This document shows, in pieces, positions 54,401-64,000 of a DNA stretch of 64,000 nt. The position numbers were made by a program, and so were the translations under genes. Within the stretch, counting starts at the first letter, position 1; each line of letters starts with the position of its first letter. The stretch is from a virus. Under the pieces are notes generated by a model that was not told the DNA's origin, made no database searches, and saw nothing but the letters and a program-made list of their open reading frames with translations. The stretch is taken from IMG/VR virus record IMGVR_UViG_3300045988_164075, one strand, 5' to 3'.

Positions 54401-56501
54401 CTCCTGATGCTAGTGCGGCTTCGGCTACTTTATCATAAGGTCTCCCTTCTTGATCATATACTTGAAGTTTTTTTAATGTTTCATCAGATACTTTTAAACC
54501 TTCTGATGACATTAACTTATCTACTCTATCAATGTAATCAAGTAATTGATCATATACAACATCGTTTTGACTTTCTTCCTCCTCTGCATTATGAAACTTA
54601 ATTTGAGTTTCATCTCCAGTGTTTACTAACTCATATGTTTTTCCTGATAAGTTTACATCGCCTAATTTGCCCTTTTTATGTAAACGAGCTAATTCATTTC
54701 TTATATCATCAGTACGTCCTTGACGTATTAAATAAACAATTTCTTGAGCAGTTTGATTATCAGATGTAGTAGCTAAATTACTACTAATTCCGTGTAATCT
54801 ATTTTGTCATTTTCCATGTAATTGAAATACGGGTCCTCCAATTGCACCTCCAAAGAAAGACATAGCATAACGTTGAGCAGCATCGCTAGCTGATCAACCA
54901 AAATCTAAACGTCTTTCACTTTCAGTCATATCAATGCCTAAAGCATCTCCTGCAGCAAACAAAGCTTTGGTTAAATCAGAAGTTACTTCTTCCATTACCT
55001 CTTCTGTTGCTTCATTTAATGCAGAATCAACTAATTCATTACTACTATACTTTGCAAATTGATTTTGAAAAAATTGCTTTCCTCTAACGATAAAATTGGC
55101 AGCTTGTTTAGGAGTTGTAACAGATCATTTTGTTAAGTTTTCTTTTACCTCTTGCGCTAAATCTTTAACTGCTTTTTTAGCTGGATTTTGGTCTAAATAC
55201 GTTCCTTTGAATAAGAAATTTCTAAAGTAATCCATATTCATCAATCCATACATTCCTCCCATAACACTTAACATACCTAAACCTGCAACAGCATCAGTTG
55301 CCCCAGCATTTTTAAATTCTGAATAAGCTTGTTGAGAAGATGTACCTGCCATATAAGCAAGTGCTAGATTTCTACCTAATTTTTGTACTCGAACTGATTC
55401 TGGAGCTCCAGTTAAAATTCTTGGTATTTGTCCAATAACTCTTTGTTGGAAAAGTTGTAAAGATGTATCTTCAATCATCTTTCCAAGATTTTCTCAACTA
55501 AACATATTTTGTTGAGAATAATCAGAAACGTTAGAATCAAACCTAGCTGCATAACCTTCTATTTGATTTAATTTTTTAATAAAATCTGAATCATTATCTC
55601 CTCCAATAATTCCGTTAATACTTTTCATTAAAGTAGGAATTAATTGCGCTAATTCAGTTCCTGCAGATAAAGCTCCATACACTGATCCAACATATGGTAT
55701 TAACATAGGACCTACCTTAAATACTAGTTTTGATATAGTTCCTCCTAAACTTTTATCTAAACCATCAGAATCAAAAAAATCATATTTGTTTCACGCAGAT
55801 CCGTCTACTGTTAAAGTATCTTCAATACCTAAAACTTGCTTACCATATATTTCTCGATTACCTAATGTTTCATAATAAGTATCCCCATCTTCATTAAATT
55901 TGAGATCTCCTTTTTTATGCTGTAACGTTCGTCCATCAACTACATGTGTTCCATCTTCATCTCATGTAGCTAATACTAATGTAGGTCTATTTAAAGCTTT
56001 TCAAATTCCACCTTTTTCATTTGGAGTTCAATCTTCAAACTTCTGAGTTTCTCAATTAAATACTTTATTCTGTTGAGCTATTTCTCTAAAACTCATTGTT
56101 TGATTACCTCTACCAAATACATATTCTAATCCAGCAGAACGTCTTTCAGGATTTGCAACCTTTTGTATTGAAGGCAAATTATCTTTTACTTTACTTCCTG
56201 CAGGAGCAAAATAATCGAATGGATCATATTCATAAGTTTCTAAGAGTTTATTTTCAAACTTATTATTTGCATAATCATTATAGACAGTTAAGGCACTCTG
56301 ATAGAAACGATTAAATTTATTTTCATCAAATTGTCCATTCTCATTTTTAAAAGCATCAATTACTTCAGGAATATTTTTATAATATTCTCTAGTATTTATA
56401 CTTGTATTATCTGGAGTAATATCATTATTAGCAAAATCCTGTAGAGTCATATTAGGTTGGAATAGCAGTGTTGCAAACCAATCATTCTTCTTATTCTCCA
56501 T
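48453..56501 (-). CDS. giant virion-block protein (2682 aa) with an embedded SF1-helicase-like ATPase region
   Basis: Eleven track ORFs from 56501 down to 48453 share one frame and are joined only through TGA. Motifs are FGGAGTGKTTAV (Walker A, near 52170-52200), ILFIDEISHF, YAFGDKKQ and AVQGSEFDYVVID. TAA at 48453-48455. Confidence 0.75.
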
Positions 56502-56514
56502 ATTATTGCTTAAA

Positions 56515-58335
56515 TTAAAAATTTGTTTTTATTGCATTTTGATTACGTTTAGCAATTGCTTGATTTAATATATCTCTATAGTTAGATGTTGGAACTAATT
56601 CATTATTTGATTGATATGTCGCTATTTTTGTATCTACGATAGGCATAAATATAGAAGATTTATACATACTTCACCTACTAGACTTAGCTTCATTTGCTGG
56701 TTTTTTAGATTTAGTGGAGAAACCCTCTCCATAATTGATTTGCGTATCATAATAATCGGTAATTTCTTTACCTTGTTCTGTAGGTAAATGGCTAATTCAT
56801 TTCGAATCTTCATCTAAAGGCATTACTCTACTATTTGCATACCCAGTCATTATAATAAATGGTTTAACTGCGTTTGTATTAAATACAAAATTTCCTGTTT
56901 GTGAATCATAAGTTACATCTAAACCTAGAGTTTTCGCCTTTTCAAATTTTTCAACATTGGTAATATCAGGGAAATCATTTAAAAATTTTTGAAATTCTTC
57001 AAATCGTTCTTGAGATTCAAAATCAGGTTTATATGATCCATCTTGCTCAATAGTATATGGAAGTAGTACTCTATTAACCTGACTCGTACCGTCTCACAAT
57101 ACTTTATTAATATCTATATCTCTCACTTTTTGATCTCCAAAATATATAGATGATTTATCTACAATTTTCCCGATATCTGCTTTATCAAGTAATTGTTGTA
57201 AATTGGTTTGAGGTACTATATTGCCATTTTTATCTACAGGAGCACCATATGATTGAGCATAAGCACTAATTGCTATTTTTGAATCTGCTGGACTTAGTAA
57301 CATTTGACGACCTTCAATAATTCTTCCATTTGCAAGAGCTTCCAATTGACTAAGCTCTGTTTCATCTGGTTTTTTAGAACTACCACTACCACTACTTAAA
57401 CTATCGGTCATTTCTTTTTGGAATGCTAATTCTCTAGAATGTGTAGTATGTTCAGTTAACGCTAATCCAAGTAAATTTAATACTTCTGTTTTTGAATTTG
57501 GATTTCCGCCTTCTGCCGCAGTTTTAACTCTTAAAGCATGTAACATGTTACTAGGAAGTGTAGTATATAGATACTCTAATGCTCTTTCTGTACCTTGATC
57601 TTTATTTGTTATTTTATAATATCCATCAGGTCCTCCCATTAATAAACTTCTAAAACCATCTTCGATTTGTTCCTTGTTTTTTAAGGTATATCCTTCAATC
57701 GTTTTAGTTCCAAAATCTTTTATAACACCTTTCAGATAATTAACAATACTTTCCATTCCAACTGAATTAGAAAGATTATTTAATATATCTTGTCGATATG
57801 CTAATTCAGGTTGATGTTCTCTTAAACTTAAGAGCTGTGAATTAGTTAAAGCTTGGTATTTATCTTTATTAGAATAATATTCTGAAGGATCTACTGTTGA
57901 AATTCCATCATTTTCAGAATATACATACATTCTACCTTTATCATCAACAGCTGCTTCTGCTCATGATCTTTCTTTGGATAGCTGTTCTGTAGCAGCATCA
58001 TATAATTGTTTATTAAATTTAGTTCTATTTGCTAATGAACGTAGTTTAATAATATCTGAAACATTATAACTTTGATTAGTCGCCCCAAATAAGTTAGCAG
58101 AAAAATTTTTACTTTTATCTAATACAGCATTTGCTTGACGCAAAAATGTATCTACATCTGTTGGAATTCCATTTTCTGATATAATTTCTAATGCCTCTTT
58201 TGTAAATGTATCATCATTTGACAAGGTATTATTTGAAGTAGCAGTAGATATATTTCCTTGAACATTCTCATATGCATTATTAGGAATAAAGGGGGTATAG
58301 TATATACCCCCTGCATTATATTTTCTTATTTTCAT
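56515..58335 (-). CDS. virion-block protein (606 aa)
   Basis: ORFs 57961-58335 and 57094-57930 share a frame through TGA. Hand translation continues to TAA 56515-56517. The N-terminus is MKIRKYNAGG. Confidence 0.7.
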
Positions 58336-61300
58336 GAGATGTTGCTTTTATAAATAATCTAACTATATTATTATTAAGTGATTTAACTGCTTCATTAGCA
58401 GCCTTATTCTGTTGTATTCATATTTCTTCGTGTGCAGGTCTGTGATAACGATTATATGAACTTACTTTTCCTCCTTTTCTTTGAGATAAAACGTTAGTAT
58501 ATGTTTCCGCATTAAATTGTGGACGCTTAAACAATGAATTATAGTAAGGAATTAATGATTTAACCTTTAAATTATAAAGTTGATTTTGGATACTATTATA
58601 TTCTTCAGGTTTATATTCACTTAATCAGCTTTCAAAGGAATAATTATCTCGTATGTCTTTGTTAGCATCATCTTTGTATCAGGTATCAAACTGGTCTCTA
58701 TAAGGCTTCATCAAATCTCTCATTTGTCCGCTTAACTCATGTTCTAATTTTCCTTGTAATAAAGTTGAATTAATAGCATTACGTTTTTCTTCATTTAATG
58801 CATTTTTAGCTCTTTTTTCCATTAATCAATTATTAAAGGATGTAAAATCATTAGCTAATTTGGAAGCTTTATTTTGTGCTAACAGCATATTAACATTAGC
58901 AATTATTTGTCTATTTTGATTAGCAACATCTGCTCTTACTTGAGCATAACGTCTTTTTAAATCATTATTTCTGTTTAAATAATCGCTAAATAATTCAGAA
59001 GTTTTTAATCTTCCTTCCAATCGAGTTTGATTTGCTTGAGATTGACCTTGTTGTTCTAAAGCATTTGCTAATACAGCATCAGAAGTGACAGGTTTATAGT
59101 TTTCTTCTCTAACTGCTTTATTTTCATAAGCAATAGGTACTCCATAAGTATTAAAACTATCGTAAATTTCTTGAGGTGCACTTAATGTAGCATTGTATCC
59201 AGATCTAATTCCCTTTTCTATTTCATCATGGAATTTACGATTATAAACTCTTGATCCTATTAATCCTGTTAAACTATATAAACTATCCTGATCAATTTTT
59301 GGAAGTTTTGCATTTATTGTTTGAATTCCTCGTCCTAATTTTGAAACAAAATCAAATAATCCTCCAGGAGCAAATTTCTGGATTTTACCTCCACTTTTAT
59401 GTGAACGTAAATATTGTATTAATTCCTTCATATCATCAGTTTCGTATTCTATACCGCGAGGTGTATTTACAAAATATCTATAAGTTAAATTGCCTTCACT
59501 GTCTAGACCATCCTGTATTTTAGTTGGAACTATTTGATTTTTTATAGCTTTTTCTGTTGCTTTTTTTGATAAACCAATAGGTGTAAAGGATTGTTCTCTT
59601 CCAGCATAAGGTGAATGAAACAATAAAAATCCATTATTTAATGTTGTATTATTTCGCACCTGTCCATATACAGGAACTTGTTCTCCAGTCCATCCACTTT
59701 CTTTAGATCCAATAACAAATCTTGTTCCGAACTTGTCGGGGTTATCTATTTGATAACGAGCAATTGCTCTATTTCGCATAGTTTGCATCATACGTGGTCA
59801 AAAGCCTTTCGCAGTATATTGTGCTTCTCTAATCTCTCTTGGAGCTGCTTTGAAACGGTTAATAAACTTTTTACCTCTTTGTTTAGCAGAATCTGTTATT
59901 TTACTTACATTTAGTTTTGCTAATTCTGATTTACTAATTAATTCTTTACTTGCTTTATCATAATCAACTTTTCCATTCTCTCCAACATATTTTTCAGCTA
60001 ATGCGGCATCATTTTTTAGTTTTTCATCAACTAAAGCTTGTTTTCTTGTTTCTATATTATTAACTGGCGTTACCTTATTTTCTTTTGGAAGTTTTTTAGT
60101 TGCTAAACGTTTATCAAATGCTAAACGTTTTAATCCTATCACAGATTGTAAACCAGTTGCAACATTTCTAAGATCATTTATAGTTCATTCTTTTCCATCT
60201 TCTGTTAAATTAGATAATGATTGTGCAGCATTTACAAGTCCTGCCGCCGCAAAAGTGCTTCCGATTAATTTAGCAGAATTTTTAAGGACTTTAATAGTTT
60301 TAGCTGTTTTGCCAGCAATTCCTACGCCTGGAATTAAAGTAATTGCATCTAATCCTAAGCTACCCAATGCTCTTCCAGCATCACCTCAATCAAGACCATC
60401 ACGCTTTACGTCGCTAACAAACTGTGAAATTGTTGAACCAAATCCTAATCCTGCAGCAACTGGATTTCCTCCTGTTGGAATTGAAGCAATCAAAGCACTT
60501 AAATCTCCAGCAATAGCTCCTAATTGTCATTTATCTGCAGGTGTTAGTTCTCCTTCTTTAAAGATATTTTTAACAGATGCTCCTTGTGTAATATCTGATA
60601 GATTATTAATAACAGTTTGCTTAGGTTCAGAGTTTACGCCTTTAGTTGTAATTTCTTTAAATACATTTCCAAATTGATATTTTGGAATTTTACCTCCAGT
60701 TTTATATTGTTGTTGAACGTAATTTGTATTAGCCTGTTGTAAGGCAGTACGTCCTTTATATTCATTAGAACTCCCTTTTGGACCTTCAAATAACATATTT
60801 ATATTAGCTCTAGTAGCTGGAACTCTTCTATCCTTTATAGCACTAAATAAATCTAAGTTTTTAACTTGTTTATAATCATTCCCAACTTGTATATAAATAG
60901 CTCCGTCATCACCCCTATAAATTCCATAATTAATCTTATCGTTTTGATCTATAAGTTCTCCGTAACGAGCTACTTTTAAATTATTAGAAACTTTTTGTCA
61001 ATCAAAACGATTAAACTTTGCAGGATTTCCTTGATTAATTGCAGAACGCAATTTATACGGAATTTGTGATGCATCAGTATATTCAAAGTAATGTGATCCA
61101 TCGGTATTTTCTCTATTAGGATCATAAGCAATATAATGAATTTTTTGAGGGATACCTGATAAATGTCTAGGATCATTAGGATTTATATATGCCTGTAAAC
61201 TTGCTCCGTTTGGTAAATCATATGCGTTACTTAATGTTGTTGCATATAAAGATTGCCCTGGATTTAGTTTAACATTTCGAGTAGCAGTTCACAGTGTAGG

Positions 61301-62458
61301 ATGATAATGTTGTTCTCTATTAAATTCACTTCATGTAACATTATTTGGTCAGTATTGTACTCCTGCTGAATTAATTGCATCAAAATCAAACTTATTTCAG
61401 GCATTTCTAAATGGCTGAAAAATAGTTCCGATGTTATCTACATTTCGTTCTACTTCTTCTGGAGAATATAAAAATCCATTGTATCCAAATCAATTTTGAT
61501 ATTTAGTTCCAGCTAATGGAGACGATTCTGTAAATACTGCCTTATCATACCCATTAAACAAGTCTTGTCAATTATCTATTCTTATTCTTCCGTTAATATT
61601 TGAAAATTTTGCATCTTTTCAAGTATCCTTCTTTAATCCTAGAGCCTGTCGAATTTTCTGAGACTCAATTTCTTCTTGTTGTGAAGAAGTAAGTATTTGT
61701 TCATTTGATTGATTCTGAAGAATACGAAGATCATTTAATACTTTTCAGTCATTTTCAGTTAATGTTCCAGATTGAATTCTATCTCTAATTGCAGCTAATT
61801 CTCCACTATATTTATTATAATAATCTCTAACCGCATTAGTATTAATTCCAGATACATTATAAGATTCGTCTCCTTTATCTCCTAATTCAAAATAATTAAT
61901 AAGATTATTAATATCACTAATTATAGCTGTATTAGATGGACGATTAGAATATATCTTTTTTCCATTTTTGTCAGTAATATAGTCTATATATCTATCTGTA
62001 AAATTAATATTTGTTTTTTCTAAAGGTTGTGCTTTAGGTGCTTCTGGAGCAATATACCGAAAGTTTCGCAATGAATCTAAAGCTCTAGCAGCGTTATCTA
62101 CTTTTGAACCAAATATAGAATCAAATCACATTCCAGCTTTAGAACGATCGCGATTCATTCGACGTTCCTGTCTGTTATTCAAACCTTGTAATTGAACATT
62201 TGGACTAACCTCATTATTTAATGAACTGAATGTAACGTCTTCACCTCGATTTAAAGCATCAATAACTCCTTTAAAATATGGCTGTTGAGAAGAATTTAAG
62301 TTAGATTTGCCAAAATTTAATAATTGATCTATAAATCCTTCGTTATTTGCATCATACGAAGTTCCATCAATTATCAAGTGACCTCTCTTAGGGGGCATTT
62401 GATTACTTGCTACTGCCATTGGCCCCCCATTATCAAATTTTCTTATTACTTGTGACAT
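58316..62458 (-). CDS. virion-block protein (1380 aa), Gly-rich hydrophobic central region (possible ejection or tape-measure-like protein)
   Basis: Six track ORFs (62126-62458 ... 58826-59791) share one frame. The tail was hand-translated codon by codon to TAA 58316-58318. It has Gly/Ala/Ile-rich stretches such as GLGFGSTIS and GSLGLDAITLIPGVGIAGK. Confidence 0.75.
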
Positions 62459-62475
62459 AATTATTGTAGCTATAT

Positions 62476-62514
62476 ATTAAAAATGGAAGACTAGAACAGA
62501 TCCAATCTTCCATT
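62476..62514 (-). terminator. rho-independent terminator (minus strand)
   Basis: aatggaaga...tcttccatt forms a 9-bp stem, followed on the minus strand by TTTTT. Confidence 0.6.
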
Positions 62515-62526
62515 TTATCTGTTGTA

Positions 62527-62805
62527 TTACTTCTTACAACCACCTTTACGTTTCATTTTACCACCTTTTTTAAATACAGGTTCTCCTTGTGGTGCGCCAA
62601 CTTCTCCTGCTCCATTTTGAGCTTGTTGTACAATCATTATAAACCCTTGGCAAACTCCCATTGCAGCTTGGCAATCTTGAGTTTGTAAAGCTTGTACTGC
62701 AAGTTGATATAGTTCCATTAAAGGATCTTGTACAGTTTGTTCTGGTGCTGGTTGTACTTGTCCAGCAGGCATTTGGCCACCTGATTGAAATTTTTTTATA
62801 AGCAT
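62527..62805 (-). CDS. small Gln/Ala-rich protein with a basic C-terminus
   Basis: Complete ATG-to-TAA ORF of 92 aa with its own promoter and terminator. The N-terminus is MLIKKFQSGG and the C-terminus is KKGGKMKRKGGCKK. Confidence 0.75.
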   Translation of the reverse strand: MLIKKFQSGGQMPAGQVQPAPEQTVQDPLMELYQLAVQALQTQDCQAAMGVCQGFIMIVQQAQNGAGEVGAPQGEPVFKKGGKMKRKGGCKK

Positions 62806-62887
62806 ACTTAAAATTTTTAATTTATATTGTTATTTACTAAATATCTCTAACCATTTGTCAATTGCATCTATTCTGATATTTGATTTT

Positions 62888-62918
62888 CAAAATTAGTAAT
62901 ATTTTCAGTAAATACAAA
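62888..62918 (-). promoter_or_regulatory. Bacteroidota-type promoter (minus strand)
   Basis: On the minus strand, TTTG (62918-62915), a 19-nt spacer, then TAATTTTG (62895-62888). This lies about 80 nt upstream of ATG 62805. Confidence 0.5.
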
Positions 62919-63057
62919 GTAAAAATAGTTTAATTCTCGATTTTTTGAAAGTTAACTATTTTTTATTATATTTGCACTATAACCTAAAAATAATAATCAG
63001 AATGTATTTCATTCTCTACGGAGATGCTACATTAATAATATAAAACAAATAGGTTAG

Positions 63058-63092
63058 TCGAAAAGCCGAGTATTTTTACTCGGCTTTTTTCA
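63058..63092 (-). terminator. terminator hairpin overlapping the stop codon
   Basis: agccgagta-ttttt-tactcggct with A/T runs on both sides. Confidence 0.55.
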
Positions 63093-63663
63093 TTTCTACA
63101 TAACTAGGATCGTTATTATCTTGTATTTTTAAATATTTAAAGACTTGTTTCCCAAGACGCTTGTAGTCTGAATCTTTTTTAGATTTATATGCTCGCCGAG
63201 CGCCTTTAACTAATATTCTAGTATTTGGTCTACTAAAAATACGTTCTCCTCCGAGTAATTCAAATTGAGAAGTTCCATCAGATCCAATTACATGCATTGT
63301 AGACAGACTTTCTTCTCAGTCTTCATCATCAAAGTCAACATCATCTCCAGGTTTTATCCCTGAGTTTTGATTTACTTCTAAAACGTATTTAACATTATCT
63401 TCACTTATAAATTCTTCTGAAAACGGAATCCCCTGTTTAACAGATATTACTTCTTCGTCTTCATCGATAAAAACAATATCTAAAGGTATTTCTGTATCTT
63501 TCATCCAAAAATCTACATGCTGCGGATTATCATATACAAATAACATTCCTTCATCATCGTCCATTTCAATAACATCTTGTAAACCTTTTACTTTCTCTTC
63601 TTCGGTTTCAGCTACTAGAACTTCATATTCTTTATCTTCTATTTCGATTGTTATTTGTTTCAT
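63076..63663 (-). CDS. DUF192-like domain protein with a C-terminal extension (195 aa)
   Basis: ORFs 63316-63663 and 63076-63297 share a frame through TGA. The pattern VAETEEEKVKGLQ...MLFVY...FWMKDTEIPLDIVFID is DUF192-like. Confidence 0.6.
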
Positions 63664-64000
63664 TTAAAATAGATTTTGTTTTATCTTCAGTATCTTTTAT
63701 CAAAGCTATAGATAATAATTTGCCAGCTTTGATCGTTGCTTCTTCAGTTCCCTCTTTATATAATTGTTCGAGTTGTTCTGTTAGCTCTTTATTTAGTATT
63801 AATTCACCGCCTTCTATTTCTGCGTGTTGTATAATATTACCATCAGAATATGAAATGACAGGAATACCTTTTTTAGTAATACATCCTTTTAAATTTGAGT
63901 TAGTATTTTCTAAATTATTTTTTCGTGCATGTAACGAACCTTCAACAATTATGTTTAGTTTACCTCCAGTTTTATATATTGGTAAATTCGTTGTTAAATT
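63632..64000 (-). CDS. 3' part of an upstream virion-block gene (partial)
   Basis: The minus-strand frame reads ...YKTGGKLNIIVEGSLHARKNN...AEIEGGELILNKELTEQL...SILNETNNNRNRR and ends at TAA 63632-63634. Confidence 0.5.
   Translation of the reverse strand, partial: NLTTNLPIYKTGGKLNIIVEGSLHARKNNLENTNSNLKGCITKKGIPVISYSDGNIIQHAEIEGGELILNKELTEQLEQLYKEGTEEATIKAGKLLSIALIKDTEDKTKSILNETNNNRNRR

Overview
AT-rich phage DNA, best explained as a crAss-like (Crassvirales-type) genome segment; that assignment is inference from gene content and layout. TGA is read as Trp throughout. The standard-code ORF track therefore fragments most large genes, and I re-joined ORFs by hand using TAA/TAG as the only stops. 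Plus strand 1-33575 holds the replication, nucleotide-metabolism and accessory genes: SSB-like proteins, primase, family-B DNA polymerase, SF1 helicase, ATP-dependent DNA ligase, NrdD/NrdG, dUTPase, ThyX, thioredoxin, dNMP kinase and nucleases. Minus strand 33628-64000 holds a virion-type block of giant ORFs of 606, 1380, 1481, 2682 and about 3032 aa. The largest has a DxDxD RNA-polymerase-like motif. The two blocks converge on a bidirectional terminator at 33591-33629. At least eight group I-type introns interrupt conserved motifs of a radical SAM gene, nrdD, polB (three introns, leaving a 53-nt micro-exon), the giant RNAP-like gene (two introns, one inside DxDxD) and an unidentified gene at the window start. 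Four of them carry GIY-YIG, HNH (two) or LAGLIDADG endonuclease ORFs. The most unusual unexplained feature is a tightly packed operon at 3240-8048. It encodes six divergent paralogs sharing an N-terminal QSxxD(I/V)(I/V)TNSS(S/T)ExF motif, followed by the radical SAM enzyme and a small ORF. A putative RNA-repair set (phosphoesterase, RNA ligase, Pnkp) looks disrupted by frameshifts and in-frame TAA codons. Splice junctions are inferred from motif continuity plus the U/G splice-site rule and may be off by a few nucleotides. No tRNA, rRNA or CRISPR array was seen.
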